NCBI GenBank assembly: GCA_964016885.1
Contig: CAXHJY010001691.1
Coordinates: forward strand, 87,322-151,321
Length of the DNA stretch: 64,000 bases
From: Eledone cirrhosa
Taxonomy: Eukaryota
Direction of reading: 5' to 3'
Made by a program: the position numbers and the translations under genes
Part shown: positions 39,461 to 52,590 of the stretch, one piece after another
Numbering within the stretch: position 1 is the stretch's first letter
Layout of the letters: every line of letters starts with the position of its first letter
The notes under the pieces: model-generated
Seen by the model: only the letters and a program-made list of their open reading frames with translations
Told to the model about the DNA's origin: nothing
Databases searched by the model: none

Positions 39461-39521
39461 ATATGATAATAAATCAATTATTTTGAATGAACGATCACAT
39501 TTATGCTTTATCTGTTCTCAG

Positions 39522-39648
39522 GCCTGTACAACATGGACCAGATATGTTAAGTCTTTTATCTGATATTCTCAATACCTGTATATTAAAATCAAGCACTCCA
39601 GCTGCTATTATGGCAATAAAAGGTTTAACACACCTTTGTGAAGCAGAA
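39522..39648 (+). CDS. FOCAD: Focadhesin-like exon I (PVQHGPDMLSLLSDILNTC...GLTHLCEAE)
   Basis: CTCAG acceptor, GTGAGT donor. Resembles FOCAD PYQHGADML...GLHALCQAE (from recall). Confidence 0.92.
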
Positions 39649-39779
39649 GTGAGTTATATTTTTATAATTTATTAAACTCATAAAAAATATCAAAAATATA
39701 ATTGAGAAAATATTATTATCATCATCATCATCACCGTTTTACGTCCATTTTCTACACTAGAATGGGTTAGACATATATA

Positions 39780-41810
39780 TAATGAGGAGAATAAATGGGA
39801 AAAAGATAGTCTGCCCCAAATCGATCCAATAGAAGGACCAGCGGTGCAAGTTAAAGGTAGTATAATAAGTAAGACAATCAAAGATATGAAGACAGGCAAG
39901 GCAGCTGGGCCTTCGGAGATAGTTGCTGAGATGTTGAAGGCATCTGGTATGGTGGGACACACTATGGTCACCCGTATAGTTAAACAAGTAATACAGAATG
40001 GGGCCATACCGAAAGACTGGCATAGCAGCATCATCATTAACTGCTACAAGGGTAAAGGGGATACTCTAGATAGGGGAAACTATAGAGGCATTAAGTTAGT
40101 TGACCAGGTCATGAAGGTCACAGAAAGAGTTATAGCGCAACTAATCAAAGAGCAAATTGATCTAGATGAAATGCAGTTTGGGTTTGTGTCAAGTAAAAGT
40201 ACCACAGACGCTCTTTTCCTTGTACGACAACTACAAGAGAAGTACCTAGCTAAAAGTAAACCCCTCTACTTAGCTTTTGTAGACCTGGAGAAAGCTTTTG
40301 ACAGAGTACCCTGCTCCATTATCTGGTGCGCTCTTAGAAAACTAGGTGTAGATGAATGGCTTGTGAGAGCTATACAAGCTATGTATAATGAAACGGTCAG
40401 CAAGGTTAGAATTAACAATGAATATTGTGAAGAAATTAGTGTAAAAGTTGGCGTTCATCAAGGCTCTGTCCTTAGCCCCCTCTTATTTATTATTGTCCTT
40501 CAGGCTATAACAGAGGAGTTCAAGACCGGCTGCTCATGGGAACTCCTATATGCAGATGATCTAACGCTCGTAGCTGAATCAATGGCTGAACTAGAGAAGA
40601 AATTTGAAACATGGAAGCATGGCCTAGAATCAAAAGGCCTTAAAGTTAACTTGTCTAAGACTAAAGTTCTAGTTTGTAGAAAGGAAAATAGGGGACAGGT
40701 GCCCTCAGGGTAATAACCATGGTCAGTTTGTAGGAAAGGAGTAGGCAGTAATTCCATTTTATGTCCCAAATGCAAAGTATGGGTACATAAAAGATGTAGT
40801 GGGATCACAGGTAAACTATCTAAGAACGTAGACTTTATATGTGGCCAATGCTCAGGTGCAATAAGTAGCAAGTGTCCAAAGGATACTAGCTCCTTCCATT
40901 GCCCAGATGGTTCTATAGAGTCAGAATCAGAACGGGATGGAAAAAGTTCAGATAGCTTATACCGCTGTTGGCCACAAAAGGTTTCTCTCTAAAAATGAAA
41001 GGCAGATTGTATGATGCCTGTATACGAACAGCAATGCTACATGGTAGTGAGACATGGGCATTACGTGCAGAGGACCTGCGTAGACTGGAAAGGAACGAAG
41101 CATGCATGCTCCGTTGGATGTGTAATAGTAATAAACATGAATGGCAAAGTATAAATGAACTAAGTGAGAAATTAGGAATAAGAGGGATCAGATGCTGTTT
41201 ACTTGAGAGAAGACTACGTTGGTATGGTCACGTGATGCGCATGAAAGACGACAGCTGCATAAAAAAGTGCAGGGCGATCAAAATTGATGGTAGTTACGGA
41301 GTAGGTAGACCCAGAAAAACCTGGGATGATCTGATAAATTCCGACCTCACACACTTACATCTCTCTAAGACAATGTCTCTGGACCGAGACCTTTGGCGCC
41401 TCGCAGTAATACAGAAGACCGCCTTGCCTATGTACAAAGCGAAACCTACTGTCAGTAGGCACCTCTTAACCAAATATACACCCCATTCCACTACCCCTAC
41501 CCTATCCTCCCACTCCCACCAACAGCACGAGAAAATGAGATCGAGTTCGTGTAGATGTCACGACAAAAAAAACATACACAGTCCACGCTCTAATGTGGCC
41601 GTGTAGGTAACACGGTAAAAAGTTCCCAGTCCCACACTGTAAATCTGGTTGGTGTTAGGAAGGGCATCTAGCCGTAGAAAACCTGCCAGATAGTGCTATA
41701 TGAGCGAGACATGGTCACCCGACCAGCCTTGCCTCAAGTGGGACAACTCCCGTCTAACACATGCTAGCGTGGAAAATGGATGTTAAATGAAAATGATGAT
41801 GATGATGATG
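39780..41810 (+). mobile_element. RTE-clade LINE, truncated and disrupted
   Basis: RT ORF 39844-40713 ends at a premature stop, internal deletion near 40920, C-terminal ORF 40968-41606, (GAT)n tail. Confidence 0.93.
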
Positions 41811-43022
41811 ATATATATATATATATATATATGGATTAGACGGAATACATATGTGCATATATATATCCTCCCATACACCACCCACGTATCACCAGGTGAA
41901 ATGTTACTATTTAAGACCAGTAAGACCATTAGTCAAATTAGTACTGTATACTTTACAAAAGGTAGAGTGAATTTTAAAAATCAATGATTATGTCACTGAT
42001 ATTCTTAATTAATTGGAGCCTGCCAGATTTTGCTCTATATGCAAATGAGTTTCATCAGCCAATGTTCTTAAGTATAAAACCTATGAGGTTTTAGCTTATT
42101 TCATCTTAACAACCAAGAGGAGTAAGCCTCTCTGACAATGGTTAATAATCCAGAAATGGTATCATCAGGGAGTTCCTCGTAGGTGGCTAAGAATGGTAGT
42201 GGTATGATTACTGCTTTTTAAAATTTATAGGTCTACCAGGATGTTTCTTTACTTAATCATTTTCTATATGATTCACTATACAACCCTGGTTACATCCCAA
42301 TCAAGATATGTCAGAGCATTGCTACTTCACACATACATTCACATATATATATATTGTATATACTCGAATATAAGCTGATACAAGTATAAGTGGACCCCAC
42401 TATTTTATGTCTGAGAAATGGGCAAAAATCCAAAACATATTTACGTAGAATTTGAAGTTGGTGAAAATCATCAAAATATTGACGCCAAATATAAGTCGAC
42501 CCTGCTTCTACCATGTATTTTTCGGTTACATATTCCTTGTCTTCATCATCACCGTTTTACGTCCATTCTTCCACGCTAGCATGGGTTAGAGGAGTTGTCC
42601 TGTTGTGGCCAGTGTCCCGTCGGCTGACGTTGTCTTGCTCATATGAGAACTGATTCTGGCTTGATTTCTACAGCTGGATGCCCTTCCTAACACCAACCTC
42701 ATTTACAGTGAGTGCTGGGTGCTTTTTTTTCTGTGGCGCCTACACAGCCACTTTACAGTGTGGGCTGGGTGCTTTTTTGCTGAGGCACCTCCATGACTAC
42801 TTTGCAGTGGAATGATAGGAACCCCAGTCCTATCATCTCATTTCTACAGCTGAGTAAACTGGAGCAATGTGAAATAAAGTGTCTTACTCAAGGAAACAAC
42901 ACATCACCCGGTTCGAGAATTGAACTCACAACCTTCCAATTGCAAGCCCAATGCTCTAACCACTGAGCCATGCGCCTTCTTATATTCGAGAATCAACGGT
43001 ATATATATATATATATATATAT

Positions 43023-43580
43023 ACTGGACCGAGACCTTTGGCGGTACTCAGTAATAGAGAAGACCTGCCTTACCTAAATACAAAGTAAAAACCTACTACA
43101 GTCAGTAGGCATCTCTATCAAAACACACCCCCGTCCCACCACCTCCACCCCACCCACACCGCCCCTTTCAATGTAAAGTTATGTTGGTCCCACAACATCC
43201 AGGCCGAAACAAATGAGATCGTGTAGGCGTCACGACACAAAACACAGTCCACGCTGTAAATGTGGCCGTGTAGGCAACACGGTAAAAACCTCCCAGCCCC
43301 ACACTGTAAATGTGGTTGGTGTTAGGAAGGGCATCCAGCTGTAGAAAACCCGCCAGACAGTCCACGCTGTAATGTGGCCGTGTAGGCAACACGGTAAAAA
43401 CCTCCCAGCCCCACACTGTAAATGTGGTTGGTGTTAGGAAGGGCATCCAACTGTAGAAAACCCGCCAGACAGTCCTATGCGAGCAAGACAACCACTCTTG
43501 CCTCAAGTGGGAAAACCCCCGTCCAAACCCATGCAAGCGTGGAACACGGACGCTAAACCTGATGATGATGATGATGATGA
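43023..43580 (+). mobile_element. RTE LINE 3' end fragment
   Basis: Near-identical to 865-1402, with (GAT)n tail. Confidence 0.88.
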
Positions 43581-43586
43581 TATATA

Positions 43587-44590
43587 TCATCATCATCATC
43601 ATCATCATCATCAACGTTTAACGTCCGTGTTCCACGCTTGCATGGGTTTGGACGGGCGTTTTCCCACTTGAGGCAAGAGTGATTGTCTTGCTCACATAGG
43701 ACTGTCTGGCAGGTTTTCTACAGTTGGATGCCCTTCCTAACACCAACCACATTTACAGTGTGGGTCTGGGAGGTTTTTACCGTGTTGCCTACACGGCCAC
43801 ATTACAGCGTGGACTGTTTGTTTTTTTGTCGTGACACCTACACGATTTCATTTGTTTCGGCCTGGATGGTGTGGCACCAACATAACTTTACATAGAAGGG
43901 GGCGGTGTGGATGGGGTGGGGGTGGTGGGACGGGGGTGTGTTTTGTTAGAGATGCCTACTGACTGTAGTAGGTTTTACTTTGTATTTAGGTAAGGCGGGT
44001 CTTCTCTATTACTGAGTACCGCCAAAGGTCTCGGTCCAGTGACATTGTCTTGATGAGGTGTAAGTGTGTGAGGTCGGAGTTTATCAGCTCGTCCCAGGTT
44101 TTTCTGGGTCTGCCTATTCCGTGGCTACCGTCTATCTTTATTGCCCTGCACTTTGTTATACAGCTATCGTCCTTCATGCGCATAACGTGACCATACCAAC
44201 GTAGCCTTCTCTCGAGTAGACAACATCTGATCCCTCTTATTTCTAATTTTTTCCTTAGTTCGTTTATGCTTTGTCGTTCACGTATATTACTATTACACAT
44301 CCAGCGGAGCATGCAAGCTTTGTTTCTCGCTAGTCTGCGTCTATCTTCTGCACACAATGCCCAGGTCTCACTGCCATGCAACATTGCTGTTCGTATGCAG
44401 GCATCGTACAACCTGCCTTTCATTTTTAGGGAGAACCCTTTAGCGGCTAATAGTGGTATAAGCTCTCTGAACTTTTTCCACCCAGTTCTGACTCTAGCTA
44501 CTGTACTTTCAGAGCACCCTCCCCCACTGCTGATTTTGTCACCCAGCTAACGGAAGCTGTCCACTATTTCTATAGAACCCTCTGCGCAGT
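43587..44590 (-). mobile_element. RTE LINE 3' fragment, tail-to-tail with the previous copy
   Basis: ORF 43986-44423 KGRLYDACIRTAMLHGSETW...RLRWYGHV, with tail. Confidence 0.9.
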
Positions 44591-44620
44591 TGTAAGAGCT
44601 AGTATTTTGTGAGCACTTGC

Positions 44621-45100
<480 letters not shown>

Positions 45101-45564
45101 TGGTGTGCGAAGGGTATGTGTGTGCATGGACATATATATAAGAACAATCAACAAGATCCCAGACTTCCTTTGCGCTTAACGAGTGGGGTGGAACTCATCA
45201 AATTGGACCAAAGAAACAATGATTCCATTGGTCTTTCCAATTGCTAAGACCGATATATATATAAAAAAAAAAAAAAAAAAAAAAAAATAGACGGCAGCCA
45301 CGGAGTAGGCAGACCCAGAAAAACGAGCAAGACAACCACTCTTGCCTCAAATGGGAAAACTCCCGTCCAAACCCATGCAAGCGTGGAATATGGACGTTAA
45401 ATGATGATGATGATGATGATATATATGTTGGTAGAAATCTGTAGATGACAGATCAAGGAAAACAGTGTTCGATCTGCTGGAAGAGAGGTTATTTAGTGTA
45501 ACTAATGTTTCATACACTTACCATGTATGTGCACATACATGTTAAGTGTATGAAAGTTTGTTTA

Positions 45565-45605
<41 letters not shown>

Positions 45606-45705
45606 TGCACTTCACACTTATTTACATATCTATATATATATATATATACACACACATGCACTTCATACTTATTTACATATCTATCTATCTATTTCATAAC
45701 TGCAG

Positions 45706-45764
45706 GTGATCAATATACAAAGTCTGTGGAAGTTATTGTCAACCAAACTTGTCAATGATTCTAG
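45706..45764 (+). CDS. FOCAD: Focadhesin-like exon J (VINIQSLWKLLSTKLVNDSR)
   Basis: TGCAG acceptor, AG/GTAAGT donor, phase 0/2. Confidence 0.88.
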
Positions 45765-46505
45765 GTAAGTTTCAGGTTACTTTCTATATAGATTCAAAAT
45801 TCTTCTCTATCATTCTTGTTATTCAGTTCTGATGTAATCATATTGCAGTTAAAATTAGAAGAATTTACAGTACAAGAGCTGAAGGTTGGTTTCAGATGCT
45901 CTAAGCAGATGAGTAGCAAATCTTCTTCTGTATTAGATGCAACTCTATGATTGATACATTTCCAAGAAAGGCTTGAAATGTATTTTTTCTGAGTTGGTAA
46001 ACTAAGTTAAGTCTTACAAAAAAGTCTCAATTTGTTATTTTATTTGATCTACATCTAGAATACATTGCTCTAATCAATTCCAATAATTGTTGGTACTTTT
46101 TTTAATGAGAGAGAGACGATCGACTTTCGTCAAATCGGACCGAGGGAACGATGTTTCCGTTGATCTTTCCAATTGCTAATACTATCTATCGGTCGCAACT
46201 CCAGGTAGAAGGAGCAACGTGAAATAAAGTGTCTTGCTCAAGGACATAACGCATCGCCTGGTCCAGGAATCGAACTCACAACCTTACGATTGCGAATTCA
46301 ATTCTCTAACCACTCAGCCACACGCCTTCACAACGCCTTTTTAATGAATGCTGGCAAAATGAAAGACAAAGTTGACATCAGCAAGATTTGACTAAAACTA
46401 TAAAGGCACATCACATCCTGTATACATGGCCAAATTCTGAGACTTTTACAAAGTGCTGAGGGGATACAATTAATATAAAGAGTCGTGTGCTTATGTGTGG
46501 AGATA

Positions 46506-47282
46506 CCATATTTTTTTGAATATAGGACGCACTGTTTTTCCAAAATGTGACCCTCAAAATCACTGTGCATCCTATAAGGCAAAGGTCAGGTTTGGAGTAA
46601 TCTTGGTATGTAAACATTTTATAATTAAAAACTAGAAGCTATTTAGGCTTTTGTTTAAGTTTTCAAAAGTATATCTACTTTTAAAAAAAAGTTGATTAAG
46701 AAGGGACCAATTTCATGCACATGTGGTGGAGAATGCAGTAAGGAAGGTAAATAACTTAAACACTGAAATAGCTGTCATACATGGTGGACTGACTTCTTAA
46801 TTACAACCCCTTAATGTTTCACTAAACAAGTCTTTAAGGCACACATGAGAGAAGAATAGGATAATTGGATGAAGGACACCAACATGAACTGACACCTACA
46901 TTTTCCCAGGTAACCCAGTGGGTTAAAAACTCATGGGGTGCTGTGAAAACCGAGACAGTTATAAAAGCTTTAAAAAGATGTGGTGTCTGCAACGCCCTAG
47001 ATGGTAGCAAAGAAGATTTTCTGTATAATGATAGCGACACAAGTGATTCTGGAAACAGTGATGACCCCAAGGAAGGTTATGAATTTCAGGAACTATATGA
47101 AGGTGACAGCCAGGAAATCAATGAAGATGTCAGTAGTCATGATGTTATAAAATTTGAAAGTGATTAAAATTTTAATAGTGTTAATAGTATTAATTCTCCT
47201 TAATTATATTTTTCTTCGATACTCATGTTAAATTTAGAGTGCGTCTTATATTTTAGTGTATCTTATATTCTGAAAATTATGG
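46506..47282 (+). mobile_element. pogo-family DNA transposon, internally deleted
   Basis: Imperfect TIRs flanked by TA. Transposase remnants IHGGLTS*LQPLNVSLNKS and WVKNSWGAV...KRCGVCNALDGS. Confidence 0.8.
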
Positions 47283-47987
47283 TACTATAAAATAGCTTAT
47301 AAAATAGAATGAAGACCCTCAAAGATGGAAAATGGCAACTTCTCTTTCTTTAAGGGTTTTCACTCTATTTTATAAATTATTTTATAGCATTTCCATGCAT
47401 AAACACACCATTCTTTATATTATCTTTATAGCAAATATGCTTATTTTGTCTGCCAGTTTACTCAGTCTGCTATTAATAACAATCAAATTTCTCTCAAATC
47501 ACATCCTTCCATTTTAGAAAAGGTTATATTGAATAATAATATGGTCCCAGGTCCTATTTCTGGCATTATCTACTGTCATGCCTGCAGCAGAACGTGAAAA
47601 AAAGGCACATAATTTAGTAGTCTAACATATTATGTATATATAATATATACATATATATATATATGTGTGTGTGTGCTTAACTTACATATCATCAATTAAA
47701 AAAAGTTATTTGTTTCTAATATTTAGCCATCTCAATTTGGTGGGATATAAGACAGACTGACTAAAATAAGTCAGTTTAACACATACAATTGTTTCTACTT
47801 TTGGCACAAGGCCAGCAATTACCCAGTTCATTACTGTACTTTCTTTTATCGACCCGGTAAGGATGAAAGGCAAAGTTAACCTCAACGGGATTTGAACTCA
47901 GACCGTAAAGGGACGTAACTATACTGGAAAGCTTGGCGTCCGACCATCTACCGATACTGCCAATTCATGCCCAAAACATATAATGGC

Positions 47988-48076
47988 CTCCCTATCATGG
48001 TTTCTAGAATAGAGAAACAATATTTCACAACATCGGAACAACCAATATTACAAGAACTATTCCGTCATCAGGGGAG
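47988..48076 (-). ncRNA. Type I hammerhead motif with long stem II
   Basis: ctccc-CTGATGA-c-ggaatag...ctattct-a-GAAA-ccatga-TA-gggag. Confidence 0.72.
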
Positions 48077-48383
48077 AATTCTTTGGAACAAGAGAACATA
48101 TTGATAATAAAGTATACAGACCATGTTGTTGCTGAAACTGCATGTTTTCCAATATATCTCTATATACTAGAACAATATAACAGGCTTATAATGATCCTAG
48201 AATCAGCTGTAAATTCCCACATCTAAATCTACTCTACAATGAAGGATTAGCTAATATCAAAAAGTTATTTGTCTCAAATTCTTAGACATCTCAATGAAAG
48301 GATAAAATATACAGATAAATTATCAAACTTGGAAAAGTAATTTAATTTAACATATTAAACGTATGCCACAATCTCAAGGTTTA

Positions 48384-48420
<37 letters not shown>

Positions 48421-48527
48421 AATATACTAGACCAATATTTAAAAAAAATCATATTCACTTAAAAATAATTTTTAAATAATTAAAATATGTGCAGACATGT
48501 ATATAATGTGAAATGGAACCGGAAGGC

Positions 48528-48605
<78 letters not shown>

Positions 48606-48665
48606 ATATGTGTGTATATATATATGTGGGAGTCTGTGATTTATATACACTGATCATAGACACAT

Positions 48666-48731
<66 letters not shown>

Positions 48732-49129
48732 GACGTAAAATAAGAAAATTTAAAAAATTAAAAATCAACTTACTTACTAAAATTTTCACTCCAACTAATT
48801 AGTTTCTGTATGGGGATAAATATAGTTACATAATATAACTATAGAGAATTCCATTTAACTCCAAATTATTTGTTGAGCAAAACTTGCTAAAATTTACTGC
48901 TGATTCATGGTAGTAGTAGGCTCTTGTCATAATACCACCCCGCTCCTAACTGATTAACCTCAGTGTCACGTGATTGATTCTTTAGAATCTGTCAATGACC
49001 AGAGGCAGTGAATTTTTTCAGTGCTCCGGAATTTAGTCCTCGCTAGCTTTATTCCATCCACTGAATTATTATTATTTTTATATGGGTTCCTAGTGTCTGC
49101 GCATAGCCTGGGAACTTAGCTGAGAATAG

Positions 49130-49211
49130 ACTCCCTGATGACGTATGGAGTTCTCTATAGTTATATTATGTAACTATATTTATCCCCATACAGATACTAA
49201 TTAGTTGGAGT
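49130..49211 (+). ncRNA. Type I hammerhead motif with a GAAA>GATA core change
   Basis: actcc-CTGATGA-c-gtatgg...ccatac-a-GATA-ctaattag-TT-ggagt. The inverted partial copy near 48790-48810 retains GAAA. Confidence 0.7.
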
Positions 49212-49724
49212 GAAAATTTTAGTAAGTAAGTTGATTTTTAATTTTTAAAATTTTCTTATTTTACGTCTTTCATATAATTGTTCGGCATCCCCTGCATAGA
49301 ACCACAAAGGTACTAAGACATAACATATATATTTGCTAGCATAGGTGAACATCTGTACACATATGTTGGTAAATGTACTAATTCTCTTTATATATATATA
49401 TATATATATACACAACAATACCACCAGCTCTCTCTGTTTCCTCTCCCTCTCTCTATGTCTCTCTTTCAATCTACTCTCTCACAACTACTATCTATTTCTC
49501 TCTATCTTTCTCTCTCTCTCTTTGTTTATGAAAGTACCCGGAAAAAACCCCATATCTCACGGAACCATGCTCCCATTTACGTAAAACTTGTTTTATTCCA
49601 TTTGTTTTCCCATTTCAGAGTCAACTTCCTTTCAAAGTATTTTCCCATTATGTGCCCTTTTCACTGTATTACATTACAGACAAGCAAGCAAGCAAACACA
49701 GAGTTTTAGTAGTATATAGATAGA

Positions 49725-49985
49725 TTGTTATACTTTGGGAGGGTCATGCTGCCAATAAAAACACACACACACCTTTTGATTTTCGCTTCAATTTATTATA
49801 AGTTTTCGGCTGGTTGGTTGGTTCGATAACCTAAAGGTTGTTTATATATTGTCAAAGCTCTTTCATCACACATTCTGTGACCTCCTCGGTGACTAGGTTT
49901 TATTTTGTATCTCTCCTTTGTTCTGTCCTACACCATCTTTTTTTTGTGTGTTGTGTGCTTGACCCTCCCAAAGTATAATAATATC
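49725..49985 (-). mobile_element. Penelope-like pLTR fragment with inverted terminal copy
   Basis: Same pLTR as 59542-59800. TTATACTTTGGGAGGGTCA and TGACCCTCCCAAAGTATAA form inverted ends. Confidence 0.7.
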
Positions 49986-51029
49986 TGTTTCAACACACAT
50001 TTTCAGGTAAGAAAGCTTGCAAAACAAATTGAAAAACGAATTATATATATATTTATTAAAATAACAGATTAAAGTTTAAGCAAAGAATCGCTGCTTTCAC
50101 CCTTAATGGGATCTTCTGAATCTAAAAAAATCAATCTGTGAACGCAGAAGTAAATATTTCGAAAAACGTTGCGACCGAAGGAAGACAGGAAGACAATACT
50201 TTGGTTTGTGGAAACGTTCCCTGGCAAAGAACGGAAAAAAACGAATATAATACGTCATTAATTGGAGCGGTGAAAACAATTACATGCAAAGACAAAACCA
50301 TGTTTATGGTATAAATGAAGTTGTAGACTAAAATTCTATTAGGTGGTTCATAGAGACGTTCTCTGGCAATGAACGGAAAAAACGAAGATAATACGTCATA
50401 TGTGGAGTGTGGAGAACAATTGCACGCAAAGACAAAACCACGTTTGTGGTACAAATGAAGTTGTAGACTAAAATTCTACATAGGAAACCGAATGATTCTC
50501 GGCTTCAAAGTTAAGAATAATGTAAATAAATTACAGAGGTAATTGAAATTAAATATATACATGCACACATCCATATACGTACATACACATGCATACACAA
50601 AAACACCTGCCATGGGTATGCAAATACAAGCACGTACACAAAAAAAACACGCACGCACATACAGAACCCACACAACACCTGTATCCGCACACATACGAAT
50701 ATATACACCAAATACACATAAAAATATATATGAAAAAATATATATATATGTGTGTGTGTGCATGTATACATATAATTATATAGAGGTATATAAATGTACA
50801 CACATAATACGTATATAATGCGCGCACACGCATACCTACAAGTAAATACACAAAAAATTGTCAAGGGAAAATGGAATGTATTTTGGTTGTGTCATCTCAA
50901 TTTATTGGAGTGTGTGTGTGTGGTGTTTGGCATCTCTGCTGTTGGAGGGATCAGAGAATGGAGTCAGCTTAATCACAGATGCCAAATCAGTATTTATGCT
51001 AACAAAAACTCAATCGCACTTTCAGGCCA

Positions 51030-52590
51030 TGTATAGAAAAACAACTAGCAGTGACAGTTGGCAATGAGTGCTGTGATGAATTTGAAATTCAGGTTGGGGG
51101 TCCACCAGGGATCAGTCCTCAGTCCACTCCTGTTTATCATTGTCCTTCAGGCTGTCACTGAGGGGTTTATATCAGGCACTCTATGGGAACTCGTAAACTG
51201 ATGACCGAGTACTCATAGTTGAATCCATAAGAGAGTTAGAGGCAACATTTCAAACATGGAAGAAGAACCTAGAGTTGAAAGGCCTAAAAGTAAATTTATC
51301 AAAGATGAAAGTATTAATAATAAGAAAGAAGTCAGGAAGGTGATACCATCAGGAAAGAGGTTTTGTTTGATATGTCAGATAGGTGTGGTCAGAAATTCCA
51401 TAAGGTGTACATAATGTAAATTATGGATGCACAAGAGATGTAGTAGAATTGCAAGTAGGCTAACAGAAAAGATAGACTTTATATGCAGCAGATGCACAGG
51501 GGAAGTGAGCACAAAGAGCACATCTGAAATAGATTCCTTAATCTGTCAGTGGAGTACCCTAGAAGTTGTTGACAGCTTCCCCTACCTAGGTGATCAAATT
51601 AGCAGTGGGAGAGGATGCACTAAAAGTGTGATAGTTAGGTTAAGAACAGGCTGGAAGAAGTTTAGAGATCTATTACTGCTGGTAACAAAATGTTTTCTTC
51701 TCAGAGTGTAGGGTAGACTATATGATGCCTGTGTGAAAACTGCAATGCTACATGGCAGGGAAACATGGGCTTTGACCACAGAAGACGTTCAGAGGCAAGA
51801 AAGAAATGAGTCAAGTATGCTTTGATGGATGAGTAATGTTAGTGTGCATGAGTGACATAGCATAAACAAACAGAGAGAAAAACTTCATATAAGAGGGATT
51901 GTATGTAGTGTACAATAGAGAAGACTGCATTGGTATGGACTTGTGATGTGTATGAAATATAACAGCTGCATAAAGAAATGCAAAGAAAGCCCAGTTGCTG
52001 GGACCCATGGAAAAGGCAGACCCAGGAAGGCATAGGATGAGGTTGTTAAGACCGACCTTAAAAAACTAAACCTCACAACAGAAATGACTCAAGACCGCAA
52101 CATATAATGTGGCCTGACCTACCCCTGTTTCCCTTCCTTCCACTAGCACTCACTAACAACTATTTTCAATATCTCTATTACCCATGTCCCCCACACAGAC
52201 ATTCCTATCTGCAGCCACCTTGTGAAGTGATTTGTGATGAGAATGTCATCTAACCATTGAGGACTTGCCCAACAAAGTGTTCAGATTACCCCTCAGTTCT
52301 GTCAAGGACATTGCTGTCTCCCTAAAGCTGGTGATCTACATGATGAATGCCCCAATTCATGCTGAAAGGTGGCTGGTGATAGAAAGGGCATTCAGTCGTA
52401 GAAAGCTTGAAAAACAAAGAGTTAGGTAGACTCTCAGTAGTGTCAAAGAAACAACTGTACATGCTCAAGAAGCGGATCCCTGGCCTGTCTGCAAGATTAG
52501 TGTCCCCATTTCAGTACTGACTTAGTTTTGTGGTCTTGTTCAACCCTTGCTAGCAGGAAAAGCAGATGTTAAAACAATGATGATGATGAT
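51030..52590 (+). mobile_element. Older degenerate RTE LINE
   Basis: GVHQGSVLSP, HKRCS finger and RTGWKKFR remnants with stops, tail hairpin and (GAT)n. Confidence 0.85.

Noticed and set aside
38781-39563. 260-aa Phe-rich ORF
   Set aside because: Translation of a T/C tract. The real exon uses another frame from 39522.
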